IMG/VR virus record: IMGVR_UViG_3300045988_160053
Direction: 5' to 3' (one strand)
DNA length: 64,000 nt
Source of the DNA: a virus
In this document: piece after piece, positions 46,274 through 56,700 of the stretch
Layout: each line of letters opens with the position of its first letter
Numbering within the stretch: position 1 is the first letter of the stretch
The notes under the pieces: model-generated
What the model was told of the DNA's origin: nothing
The model's database searches: none
What the model saw: the letters and a program-made list of their open reading frames with translations, nothing else
Translations under genes and position numbers: made by a program

Positions 46274-46990
46274 TTAACTCGCTTTCTTAATTTCTTTAGG
46301 ATGAGAAACATAATATAATTCCATACGTAGTCTATAAGGTAATTCCATTTTATATTTCAAATATAATTTTTGCATATATTCAACATCATGTCTTTTATAA
46401 TTAATTGCAGTATTTATTTCTTTAGGTAGAAAACAGCACGTTGCAGGCGAATATATTTTATTACCTTCATATAAGAAATCTTTATCAAGTTCTAATGGAT
46501 AATTACATTCATATATATTATGGTTATACCATTCAGCAAAAATTTGAAAATTTTGAAATGGTTCTGCTACAGTACATCCTATATATGAGGGTTGTCTTTC
46601 ATGATATTTATCATCATAACAACGAACAAACATGCTAATCCATTTGATATATTCTTCTGTTTTTATATTATTATTTCTAGCGGTATAATTACCAACTCCA
46701 TAATATCCTATATTATATACAGACCTTTTATATGGATTTTTTATCTGACCATTTTTGATATTTTGTAAAGTTGTCCAAATAGTAACATCTGGATTATCAT
46801 TAAATTTTATTACAATTTCATGTCTTCCAATATAATCTAAAATGGTAATTTTATATCCTTCGTTAGTAGTATATTCTCGTCCAATATATTCTCGAAAATC
46901 TTTTGTTATATTACATCGATCTCCTCTCTGCAATTTCAGCCATTTTCGCTTTATTATATCTTGTATCACCGTGAACACGAGTATAACCAA
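46274..46990 (-). CDS. free-standing homing-endonuclease-like ORF between nrdD and nrdG (start uncertain)
   Basis: Motifs as I recall them from phage HNH/homing-endonuclease-associated DNA-binding proteins: NIGYYGVGNY, YIKWISMFVRCYD, PSYIGCTVAEPFQNFQIFAEWY, LELDKDFL...YSPATCCFLPKEIN. The track start is a TTG inside nrdD, with no in-frame ATG for about 120 codons. Confidence 0.4.
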   Translation of the reverse strand: MVILVFTVIQDIIKRKWLKLQRGDRCNITKDFREYIGREYTTNEGYKITILDYIGRHEIVIKFNDNPDVTIWTTLQNIKNGQIKNPYKRSVYNIGYYGVGNYTARNNNIKTEEYIKWISMFVRCYDDKYHERQPSYIGCTVAEPFQNFQIFAEWYNHNIYECNYPLELDKDFLYEGNKIYSPATCCFLPKEINTAINYKRHDVEYMQKLYLKYKMELPYRLRMELYYVSHPKEIKKAS

Positions 46991-49088
46991 TATATCCGTT
47001 CATGCGATCTATCTTTGTAATGTCTTCGCTGCCACATTTAGGACACATATCCATATTTAATTCTTCATAGCCACAATGTTCACAATAAGATAACGCCAAA
47101 TTGACACCTTCGTAATATCCCATCTTCATTGCTCTTCTGATTAAAGTAACAACAGCTTCACGATTGTAATTGATCGGATAACGTACATACTGGATTTTGC
47201 CGCCATTAAACAGATTCCAAAATCTATTTTCCAGATCTTGTTTCTGAATTGGTGTAATATCTTCAGTTACATGGCAGTGGAAACTGTTGCTCACATATTC
47301 TCTGTCAGAAACCCCTTTCACAATGCCATACATCTTACGGAACTGTTCCACCTGCAGTCCACATAAACTCTCTGCTGGTGTTCCATAAATCGCATATAAT
47401 AATCCGTCCTCATGTTTAAATTGAGTAATCTTTTTATTAATGTATTTCATTACATCTACAGCAAACTTACCATCCTCAACTAATGACTTCTTATTATAAA
47501 GTTCCTGCAATTCATTCAAAGCAGTAATTCCAAATGATAAAGTCATAGGTTTAAGAATTGAACGTATTTTTTCATCTGGTTTTAAATAACCATTAAGGAA
47601 GCCACCCTCGCAATATGCAAGAGGATTTGTACTTGCTTTCATTTCACCAATGTAATCGTATGTACGTTTATGAATATTTCTAATCATCTCAAGATAATAA
47701 TCCAATACTTCATAGAAATCTCTACTTTCACGCTGCGCTTTTGCCAAAATCATTGGAAGATGAAGGCTTACAACACCAAGATTGAAACGTCCTTCAAAAA
47801 TTGCTTTATCGTTCTCATCCTCTGGTTCTATTCCACCTTTTTCATACCAAGGACTTAAGAATGCGCGACACCCCATTGGACTAACAACTGTACCATATTT
47901 TTTGTACATACTTGGTACATATCCTTCACCTGTTAGAGATAACCAGTCTGGATACATTGTTTTCATACTACATTCAATACCTGCATTGAATACATCTTCA
48001 TTAACCTTTCCTGGTCCATGTAAATTCTCATCATATAAAAATACCAATTTGGGGAATAACACAGGTTTTTTATTACCGGCCTTACCTTGGCCTTCTTTAT
48101 GAACATTTAAGAATGTGATAGAAGCCATTTTACCAAATTTTGTGGTTGAGAGACCGAACGTCATTGTTACAAATGGATAATCACCTCTTGATGATCCTAC
48201 AGTATTTAACTTATATTCAATTCCCTGCCAGCCCTGTTCAAAATCACGTTTTACTTTATTTGTTGCATATTCACAAGCTTTTTCTTCAATCAAATGTTCT
48301 GATGTTGAAAAAGCATCAACATAAACACCATCAATATCGGAATCAAAAACTTCAAAAAATTCTTTATAATATTTCTGATAACTTTTTTCTGCATATGGTT
48401 CCAAAATCTTGTCTACTTCCGGCACTGTGAATCCGCCATACTGCTGTGCAGCAGTGCTCAGGATAATATCACCCATAACATCAAACGCAGTATCAAGAGA
48501 ATTTGGTTCGTTATACCAGACATTTCCCATTTCGAAGCCGCCTTTCATAACTTCTCCAACTCTAAATAAGCAACAGTTAATAGTATCAAGTCTGGCAGAC
48601 TGATCATGAATATAAATATATCCGTCCTTACATGCCTGTAATTCATCTCTTGTCATGAAGAATTTTCTATACAAGTTTTTGTTCAATTCATTAAAGATCA
48701 GGCTTCGCTTTGTAGCTACAAGCGCACTATCTGTATTGGCATTACTCTTATCACCAATATAACGGATTGCCTGACTCTTGGTGAAAACGTCATCCATCAT
48801 ATGAACAAATTCTTTCTTATAATTACGATAATCTTTATAAGACTTTGCAATCTTTGGATTAAATTCATCCAATGCGGATTCTACTGCATTATGTAATTCT
48901 TCTACTGTACATGTGGTATTTTCATCTATATCATCAGCAATAAGCTCGTCCCAAACAAGATCTATGATTCTTTTATAATCATCATTTGTTAACTCGACCA
49001 TTACTCGTGATGCTGACTTATTTACGGCATCAACAATTTTCTGATCGTCAAAAGGTTCAACTGTTAAATCCTTTTTAACTACATTCAT
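46911..49088 (-). CDS. nrdD: anaerobic ribonucleoside-triphosphate reductase, class III large subunit
   Basis: N-terminal ATP-cone (VVKKDLTVEPFDDQKIVDAV). C-terminal Zn ribbon CEHCGYE...CPKCGS. Glycyl-radical motif RMNGYIGY. Confidence 0.95.
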   Translation of the reverse strand: MNVVKKDLTVEPFDDQKIVDAVNKSASRVMVELTNDDYKRIIDLVWDELIADDIDENTTCTVEELHNAVESALDEFNPKIAKSYKDYRNYKKEFVHMMDDVFTKSQAIRYIGDKSNANTDSALVATKRSLIFNELNKNLYRKFFMTRDELQACKDGYIYIHDQSARLDTINCCLFRVGEVMKGGFEMGNVWYNEPNSLDTAFDVMGDIILSTAAQQYGGFTVPEVDKILEPYAEKSYQKYYKEFFEVFDSDIDGVYVDAFSTSEHLIEEKACEYATNKVKRDFEQGWQGIEYKLNTVGSSRGDYPFVTMTFGLSTTKFGKMASITFLNVHKEGQGKAGNKKPVLFPKLVFLYDENLHGPGKVNEDVFNAGIECSMKTMYPDWLSLTGEGYVPSMYKKYGTVVSPMGCRAFLSPWYEKGGIEPEDENDKAIFEGRFNLGVVSLHLPMILAKAQRESRDFYEVLDYYLEMIRNIHKRTYDYIGEMKASTNPLAYCEGGFLNGYLKPDEKIRSILKPMTLSFGITALNELQELYNKKSLVEDGKFAVDVMKYINKKITQFKHEDGLLYAIYGTPAESLCGLQVEQFRKMYGIVKGVSDREYVSNSFHCHVTEDITPIQKQDLENRFWNLFNGGKIQYVRYPINYNREAVVTLIRRAMKMGYYEGVNLALSYCEHCGYEELNMDMCPKCGSEDITKIDRMNGYIGYTRVHGDTRYNKAKMAEIAERRSM

Positions 49089-49657
49089 AACGATTTCTCC
49101 TTTTCCATTTCACTCTTAAGTAAGTCACGTAATGCTTCTGAAGCTTTCGAAAAGCTCATATCATTCACAAATAAGTGGTCATACCCTTCAGCTTCTTCAT
49201 ATTTAGTGAATTGTTCATCTTCACTGTTATATCTGGAGTAAAATTCTTCTTCTGATCCATCTCTTTTAAGGAACCTGTCTTTTGCTAATTCAAATGGTGA
49301 AGAAAAATAAATCTCGATAAATTTAAATTCATCTTTGCAATGTTCTTTCAAATACTTTGCTCCGTTCGGATCAATTACATAAATATCTGAGTTCACAATT
49401 TCATTATATGTAGTGCCATATTTAATTCCGTTAATTTCAGTATACGCTACAAAGCCTTCTTTAAATTTAATTTCATCGAATTCACTCTCAGATACAAAGT
49501 AATGATCTTCATATCCTGTTATTTCATCTTTGCGCGGCAGTCTTGTTGTAATGCTTTTTACCTGTCGAAGTCCTAATGTCTCGCATATATATCTTGCAAG
49601 CGATGATTTACCAGAAGCGGTTCTTCCAATAAATAAAAATACTAACTTTTTATGCAT
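49085..49657 (-). CDS. guanylate kinase-like nucleoside monophosphate kinase
   Basis: ATG at 49657 (ATGCATAA overlap with the upstream stop). P-loop GRTASGKSS. TTRLPRKDEITGYEDHYFVSESEF resembles the Gmk signature TTRxxRxxExxGxxYxF. Confidence 0.7.
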   Translation of the reverse strand: MHKKLVFLFIGRTASGKSSLARYICETLGLRQVKSITTRLPRKDEITGYEDHYFVSESEFDEIKFKEGFVAYTEINGIKYGTTYNEIVNSDIYVIDPNGAKYLKEHCKDEFKFIEIYFSSPFELAKDRFLKRDGSEEEFYSRYNSEDEQFTKYEEAEGYDHLFVNDMSFSKASEALRDLLKSEMEKEKSL

Positions 49658-49880
49658 TATTTGTTTCATTCCTTTCCGGTATATATAAGATGTGATGATT
49701 TTCATCATTACACATAATCTTAAAAAGTCTTGTGCTTACATTGCCATCTGAATCAAGAAATCTTTTGCAAGTATCTTTCTTGCAGCACTCATTACCATCT
49801 TTCTGGCAAAAATAATAACTATCTTTTTCATTATCACATCCAACTATCATATTAGTTCCGTTTGCAAAATATACATTCAT
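49650..49880 (-). CDS. hypothetical Cys-rich protein (76 aa)
   Basis: ORF coupled on both sides. CDNEKDSYYFCQKDGNECCKKDTC. Confidence 0.5.
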   Translation of the reverse strand: MNVYFANGTNMIVGCDNEKDSYYFCQKDGNECCKKDTCKRFLDSDGNVSTRLFKIMCNDENHHILYIPERNETNNA

Positions 49881-50629
49881 ACATTATTGCTCGCAATCTT
49901 TAAAAGTAATTCTCTATTAATTCCCGGATACCAAGACTCAATCTGATTAATTAAATCTTCAATCATGATCTGAAGCTCCGGAGCAGCTGTTCCATGAGCG
50001 CCACCATCTTTTGATCCTCTCTCAACATAAATATGCGCTAATTCAGTAATATTTATTTTGAAAGTAAAATTCATGGGAATTGCCAGTGGATATAAACCAC
50101 GTTTTACATCTTTATTATTTTCTAATCCTTTTTTAATGAAACCATTATTTGACCTTACATAAGTATCACCATAATAACTAATCTCACCAGGAATTTTCGT
50201 ACCAAGATATTTTAATACTTCATCCCATGTGATAATTTTATCTTCGTACCATTCAGAAACTTCTCCCTCATGGTAATCTGCAAGCCTTGTACTGCTACGA
50301 ATAATCCTGTTATCCATTCTCTTTGCGTGGGAATCCAGATCATCAGTTGCCCCTCTATGAAGACCTTCTACAACAACGGAAATATCTTCAAATCGTAGCA
50401 TTGTGATATGCTTTTGTCCCCATTTAAGAAGTTTTGCTACTTCTTTGTCGAATTTAATTTTTAATTCATCATCCTCTGGCAGATCTAATGGCCTCCCATA
50501 ACGATCTGTGCAATGATCTACCATTTCTTTAAGCTGCTGCTCTATCTCTACATTCCATGTTCTTTTGCTCATGTACATTGTTCTGATTGCATCTCTTATT
50601 GAGTGCATTTCTGTAAGGGTTACTTTCAT
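49877..50629 (-). CDS. divergent ThyX-like (flavin-dependent thymidylate synthase fold) protein
   Basis: AAGGAG RBS. By-eye alignment to ThyX: HITMLRFEDISVVVEG...DDLDSHAKRMDNRIIRSSTRLA versus HETPFEH..F.F.v......Q..RHRxxSxxxxSxRY. The RHR triad is replaced by HAK-R. Confidence 0.45.
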   Translation of the reverse strand: MKVTLTEMHSIRDAIRTMYMSKRTWNVEIEQQLKEMVDHCTDRYGRPLDLPEDDELKIKFDKEVAKLLKWGQKHITMLRFEDISVVVEGLHRGATDDLDSHAKRMDNRIIRSSTRLADYHEGEVSEWYEDKIITWDEVLKYLGTKIPGEISYYGDTYVRSNNGFIKKGLENNKDVKRGLYPLAIPMNFTFKINITELAHIYVERGSKDGGAHGTAAPELQIMIEDLINQIESWYPGINRELLLKIASNNV

Positions 50630-50646
50630 GTCTACATATCTCCTTG

Positions 50647-50665
50647 AGTTAATTTAATTTGTTTT
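50647..50665 (-). repeat. 19-nt direct repeat copy A (contains AAATTAAATTAAC)
   Basis: + strand AGTTAATTTAATTTGTTTT, identical to copy B. Lies just upstream of the RBS of the ThyX-like gene. Confidence 0.6.
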
Positions 50666-50677
50666 CCCTGTGCCATT

Positions 50678-50706
50678 ATAATAGCACTATAGGTTTCTGA
50701 TGTCAA
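50678..50706 (-). promoter_or_regulatory. strong sigma70-type promoter
   Basis: On the - strand: TTGACA (50706-50701), 17 nt, TATTAT (50683-50678). Flanked by the two 19-nt repeats. Confidence 0.6.
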
Positions 50707-50713
50707 TAGCAAA

Positions 50714-50732
50714 AGTTAATTTAATTTGTTTT
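50714..50732 (-). repeat. 19-nt direct repeat copy B (contains AAATTAAATTAAC)
   Basis: + strand AGTTAATTTAATTTGTTTT. Overlaps the stop codon of the HD gene. Confidence 0.6.
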
Positions 50733-51488
50733 ATTTTTTAAAAGCTCATTTACGAATGTTTTCATAGGCTCTCTCATATTGACATTCTCAGATAACCATT
50801 CCAGATATTCAGGGTCTGTCTTTGCAACGTCTACCAGTAATTCATCCTTATGTTTCTTATACGGACATTTATATGTTTCAATATCCGGCAAGTCATATGC
50901 ATTAACATCCTCTTTAAAAGAAATATCAATATCCTTTCTAGAAGCCAGATAATCTGCTAAATGCACAATCTTCTCTACTTCGCTTTTGGGTTTAGGCAAG
51001 ATAATATTTTCACGCTTATCAGTATTCCACTGCCCCATATGCGTTTCGATAAGTCTGGCAATATCTTCCAGATCATCATCTTCTAAATACATTCCTTTAT
51101 AATTACGAATATATTCTGCTGCCAATAAAGGATGGTTAAATACAGTGAATACTTTTTTCCCATCTTTTAACTTTTCATTATAATATTCTTCTGTCCCGGA
51201 TTTTTGAATATCATGTGCTAAACATGCGACTCGACCTAAATCTATTACTCTTTCTCCAAATGGATACTGCTCTAACCCTACAATATAATTATAGATTCTT
51301 AATACTGCTTTCGTGTGCCGCATAAGACCTCCATCACCCAGCGCATATGCCGGGTGATATTTACCTGTAGAACTCGCCGCAACCTTGAAAAAATAGTCAG
51401 GAGCATCATCCAAGACAACTTTTGCAAAATCACGGATATCGTCTGATTGAATCGTTTTTAATTCATTCTGAAATAATTCTGACTTCAT
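50721..51488 (-). CDS. HD-domain metal-dependent phosphohydrolase
   Basis: SSTGKYHPAYALGDGGLMRHTKAV and VACLAHDIQK (H...HD...D pattern). Confidence 0.8.
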   Translation of the reverse strand: MKSELFQNELKTIQSDDIRDFAKVVLDDAPDYFFKVAASSTGKYHPAYALGDGGLMRHTKAVLRIYNYIVGLEQYPFGERVIDLGRVACLAHDIQKSGTEEYYNEKLKDGKKVFTVFNHPLLAAEYIRNYKGMYLEDDDLEDIARLIETHMGQWNTDKRENIILPKPKSEVEKIVHLADYLASRKDIDISFKEDVNAYDLPDIETYKCPYKKHKDELLVDVAKTDPEYLEWLSENVNMREPMKTFVNELLKNKTN

Positions 51489-53782
51489 TTGTTCTCCTTT
51501 TTGTTTAATTTAATTTTTATTTTCTTTAATACATCTAATAAGAAAGTGTTCCTCTTAAAGTTCTCCTTCTTTTTAGTTGCTCTGTTTACAGTATCTTTAT
51601 CGCCAATATGAAAACTTTTTTCTTTTGTACGTGTCAATGCCACATATAATAAATTAGAATTCATCATGTATGCATGACAAGATGGCGTAAGTGTAATTGT
51701 CACTTTAGCACTTCCTCCCTGGCTTTTATGAATAGAAATTGCATATCCCAATAATAACATTGACATTTCTGATTTTTCATATTTTACTCTAACACCGTCA
51801 AAATCAATAATCGCACCAGTTTTATGTTCGTTTGTATATGGGATAGTTTCGTCATAAATATCAACGATCTTTCCTAACATACCATTAGGAATAAATGTTG
51901 TATCAACAGAATATTCTCTAGGATTAGCATTTTCTATCTTCATATCACCCATATCTACTTCTGCTTCATAATTGTTTTTTATCTGAATAACTATATCTCT
52001 AACATAATATGTCGTGTCTCCAGATTTGATACATTTTTCTGACCCATAATTTGGATTTGCAATTTTTTGAATCGAATTATTAATTACAATAGTGCCACAA
52101 TCTCCTTTATTAAAAGCAGATAAAACAAGAATGTCTTCGGAAGAATATTGGGTAAGAAGTTTTTGGTACAAACTAATTGCACATTTTATTGATTGTTCAT
52201 TATTTGCATTAATGAATGTATAATCGTTCCCAAATTTTGCTATACCATTATTCAAATCGTATAAATATGGTTTCATATTTCTAACATCCGTAGCGACTTT
52301 CATCAATCCGCCTTCAGCGTATCTAAAAATCTGATTTAAAGTTATTGTAGGTATAACAAATGAATTAATCATATCATAAAGCAAATTTCCTGGCCCAACG
52401 GATGGAAGCTGTGCGGAATCTCCTACAACAATAAGTTTTGTTCTACTAAAATCAATTGCTTCACATAAATGTAAGAACAGGAATATATCTGTCATTGAAA
52501 ATTCATCTACAAGAACAACATCAAATGGTAATTGGTATTCGCTATTATATCCCCATCTATTCTTTGGCATATATCCTAATCCACGATGAATTGTAGCCGC
52601 TGGCCTGCCAGTATAATCACTCAATACTTTTGCAGCGCGTCCTGTTGGAGCCATCAAGGTATATGAGATACTATTATCCTCTAGCATTTTGATGATCATT
52701 GCAGAAGTAGCACTTTTACCAGATCCTGCAAAGCCATTTAATATCATGATATTATTATTACATATGCATTCCAATGCACTGGTTTGTTCATCAGTTAAAT
52801 AATATTCTCCTGCTGTCTGGTAACTTTTCCAATCAAAATCCCATATTTTAGGTTTTAAGTTTGCTACGAATAATGAAGCTGCTATTTGACATTCAGTATC
52901 ATGTGTGATTTTTAATGCTACTTCAAAAGTTTCTTTATTATAATAAATATCTGAATCTTTTAAACACTCAACATAATGTGAAGAACAAGCCGGAACAAGT
53001 TTTACAATTTGTTTTCTAAGATCACGGAGATCCATTTTTGTATTTCCTTCTTTTTGATTCTCCTCCAAATAATACTCCATACAAGCAGCACATCTTTGAG
53101 CGGATGATTTTAATTCAAAAGGAAAATCAATTTTACCCAATCGCTGCAATTCTAAAAGAATACTATCTGCCTTAATAAAACCTACCCCAGATATTTTGGT
53201 TAATGATTTATATGGTCGTTTTCTCAATTCCTGTTTCATTTTGGGAATTGATTTAAATTCATCGTATAGTTTTTTCAACATAGACATTGTAAGAATTCCA
53301 CCAAATTCAACTACTAAGTCATAGATACAATAATTCTCAATTATTTTTGTCTTAATAGTTTCAAACGTTTTTTCGCCAATACCTTTTAATTTATCCAAAT
53401 CAACGGTATCTGCTTCTCCTCTTAAAATAATATCAATAATATCCGGATAATGCTGCCAAAGTACTCCTGCCTGGTTCTCAGTTAAAATTTCTCTTAAGAA
53501 CATATAGACTTCTTCCTCATTCTTGGGTTTATCCATCCGTATATTTACAATATCGTATCCATATCCATACTTATTATCAAGCTGCTCCACAGCCGTAACT
53601 TCATACGACTGTGAAACTACCAAATTATGTACGTCTCCATAAATAGTGACGTTATCATATTTATTATGCTTAATATTAGGAAACTCTTTTTTATCTACGT
53701 ATGTAGCATAAATCTTGTAATTCTCTGAATTATACATACGCTTTACGATTTTACAATTAAATTTCACTTCTTTTTTACTCAT
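51485..53782 (-). CDS. RecD2/YrrC-like SF1B ATP-dependent DNA helicase
   Basis: Walker A LNGFAGSGKSATS. Walker B VLVDEFSMTD. Also LIVVGDSAQLPSVGPG, SIHKSQGGSAKV, LYVALTRTKEK, and an N-terminal HhH-like region. Confidence 0.88.
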   Translation of the reverse strand: MSKKEVKFNCKIVKRMYNSENYKIYATYVDKKEFPNIKHNKYDNVTIYGDVHNLVVSQSYEVTAVEQLDNKYGYGYDIVNIRMDKPKNEEEVYMFLREILTENQAGVLWQHYPDIIDIILRGEADTVDLDKLKGIGEKTFETIKTKIIENYCIYDLVVEFGGILTMSMLKKLYDEFKSIPKMKQELRKRPYKSLTKISGVGFIKADSILLELQRLGKIDFPFELKSSAQRCAACMEYYLEENQKEGNTKMDLRDLRKQIVKLVPACSSHYVECLKDSDIYYNKETFEVALKITHDTECQIAASLFVANLKPKIWDFDWKSYQTAGEYYLTDEQTSALECICNNNIMILNGFAGSGKSATSAMIIKMLEDNSISYTLMAPTGRAAKVLSDYTGRPAATIHRGLGYMPKNRWGYNSEYQLPFDVVLVDEFSMTDIFLFLHLCEAIDFSRTKLIVVGDSAQLPSVGPGNLLYDMINSFVIPTITLNQIFRYAEGGLMKVATDVRNMKPYLYDLNNGIAKFGNDYTFINANNEQSIKCAISLYQKLLTQYSSEDILVLSAFNKGDCGTIVINNSIQKIANPNYGSEKCIKSGDTTYYVRDIVIQIKNNYEAEVDMGDMKIENANPREYSVDTTFIPNGMLGKIVDIYDETIPYTNEHKTGAIIDFDGVRVKYEKSEMSMLLLGYAISIHKSQGGSAKVTITLTPSCHAYMMNSNLLYVALTRTKEKSFHIGDKDTVNRATKKKENFKRNTFLLDVLKKIKIKLNKKENK
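51503..51516 (-). promoter_or_regulatory. AAATTAAATTAAAC motif copy
   Basis: Exact 14-mer on the - strand, immediately 5' of the AAGGAG RBS of the HD gene and inside the 3' end of the helicase gene. Confidence 0.45.
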
Positions 53783-53790
53783 ATTTACAC

Positions 53791-56700
53791 CTATTTAATT
53801 ACTTCATATTCATCAAGTATATTTTCAAGTTCGTCTGTTTCCTGCCATGTTCCATTCACACATTTTTTCTTCTTTTTCTTTGTAAAGTGTGGAACTTTCA
53901 AAATAGAAAATTCACCAAATGGATTATCCTGATATACTTTTATACTGGTTACTCTTGCTTTTACATCCTCTCCGGTTTTAATATTATGTAATACACAATA
54001 TGGTTTTCTGACTTCCTTGAATGTTTTATAATCTGTCACGACGTAAAAACATTGATTTACTTTTGGATTTACATATACAACATACTGAAGATATTCCTTT
54101 TCGAATTTTACCTGATCAATGACAGACATTGCTTTATTTTCTAAACGACTAGATAACTCAGCTATAAGCCCTGTATTATCCAAATCCCTATATTGAGAAG
54201 CAGTCTCTTTCCCGGCATATTTCTTCATCAGATACTCTGTCAAGCCAAGACTTTCCATCTTTTTTTTACTGATAATCTTACATAAAGCAAATTTGTCGTA
54301 GATCTCAGATACTTGCATCAAATACTGATTTTTTCCGAACTCCTCGAAATAATTTAATCCAATAAGAATCGTTAGCTGTCTGGAATTTACAGATGTTTTT
54401 GTATTTACATCTGCCAGAACTTCTGTAAAATTGTTATATCGATTCGTTGCTAGCTCAAGAAGATCATCTGCTATTTGAGCATTACAGAATTTAATTGATG
54501 CAATACCCTTATATAATGCATGATTCGCTTTATCTACGGTATATTCGGCGCCGGATTTTCGGAACTTGATATTTTTTATCTCAATGTTCTTTATCTTCGC
54601 CAATTCAGTCCCCATCAGAATATCGTCTGTATTGTTTGCACAGTTTAAATATGCAGCAATGAATTCTTCTGGATAATAATACCTACAGAATGCACACATG
54701 TAACCAATCATAGAATAGCCTGTTGAATGGTTGTATCCAAACATATAATTAGATGAATCTTCAATGATTTTAAGGAACGTCTTAGCTTCTTCCTCTGCGA
54801 CATCTTGAGGCTGCGGAGACATTTTACAATATCCCTTCAGAATACTCGGAAGTGCTTTTTGTAATCGACCCATTTGCTTACGACCAATCGCACGTCTTAC
54901 ATTATCTGCTTCAGATCCACTTAAACCACATATCTTTTGAAGAAATGCAATTACATCCTCCTGAAAAATAAGAAATCCTCTATTATCTTTCAGCAATTCA
55001 TCAATAAGTGGTGATGGATTTTTATTTGTTTCACCTGCCAGTAGCCTATCTCGATATGAAGCCCCAGATGGTCTTAGTGACGCATTTATCATTGATAAAT
55101 CGTTGATACATTGTGGGCCGTAATTCTTGAGCATTTCATATGCGTATGGCGATTCGAACTGAAATACACCAGCAGGACAAAGAACAATATCATTCCATAC
55201 CTTCTTATCATTCCAGTTAATCTGATGTGATTTTGGATATGGAAGTCCGGCATATTCATAGCACTTTCGAATAATTTCCAGATTCTTTAGGCCAAGTAAA
55301 TCGTATTTAACAAGACCGGCTCCATCATGAATTTCTTCCATATTAATACACATAATACGTTTTCCATCATTCCAAAACGTTCCATAGTTGTCTGGAAGTG
55401 TTACCGGAGAAACTACAATGCCTGCCGGATGAATTGACTGAGAAACCGGAGTGCCGTTAATTCCATCAAAATAATAGAACAATTTCCTGTACTGATTATC
55501 TTTCAGATCATTCATTTGCTTTATAGCCTTGTCACGCTCAGTTATCTTATTCTCATAATCACGACGTAGGCCATAATATTCTGATTCTTTATTTGCCTGT
55601 TTAATTTCATCAAAATGAATCATGTCCTCGATTTCTTTAATTCTTTTTCCGGTTGATTCAATTGTATCTTTATAAGCACTATACATCTCCTTAATATGCG
55701 CAACCTCATCAAGTGGAATATCTAAAGCGCGCCCGATTTCATCAATAGTTCCTTTATCAGACACAGTTCCGATAGCAAGAATATATGCTGTCTTATCATA
55801 TCCAAATGACTCAATGATGTGATTGTAAACTAATTCTCGCTGATCTGGTGAAATATCAAGATCGATATCTCCAACCTCTTCACGATCTTCATTCGCAAAT
55901 CGTGAGAAAATTGTATTCCATATAACTGGATCAACATCAATGATATCTGTTATGTATGCAACAGTAGAACCACCTACAGATCCTCTACATGGCCCAACTG
56001 GTATACCATTTTCCCAACACCAACATACCAGTTCGGACATAAAGAGCATAAATCCAATCATATTAATCTTTTTAAATACACGCATTTCCTCTTTGATACG
56101 CTTCACGTATTCTGGAATTTTTTTCTTTTTGATAATTCCTGCATCAATTTTCTCATGCAATTTATCAAAAATTCTTTTCTTTAATACTTCCTCTTCATTA
56201 TCGTATAATTTTGGATATTTTACAGAAGTATCAAGTTCGAAATCAGTAACAGAATCGGCCATCACATTTGTATTCTCTATTGCCTGCAGAATCACATCAA
56301 ATGGAATATCGCAATTCTGAATACGAAACATTTCAACCAACTCTTCGTAAGTCTTTAATGTCAGATCAAATTTATCTTCGTCAGCATATTCGATACGTTT
56401 TGCTTTCTGTAAAATGCTTCTGCATTCAGCTTTATAATAATCAATGCTATGTGTATCTGTTCCGGCGATTAAAGGTTTCCCTGTCTGTTTTGATGCAGCA
56501 TATAAAAATTCGTTATATTGTTTCTGCTCTGGAAAATCATGCGGCTGAATTTCATAGTAATCATATGTTTCCAGTAACTTATAAAAAGTCTCTCTCGCTG
56601 TCACATTCATAAGCTGAACTTCTTCAAGCAGATTATCATAATATTGCTTCAACTTATCAATTTGAGCTTCGATATAATGCAAATATGAATCTTCAGGGAT

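Noticed and set aside
55940-56612. + strand ORFs 55940-56320 and 56268-56612, antisense to the polymerase gene.
   Set aside because: They lie antisense within a 1159-aa DnaE-type ORF with strong motifs. They have no RBS and no recognisable sequence features.
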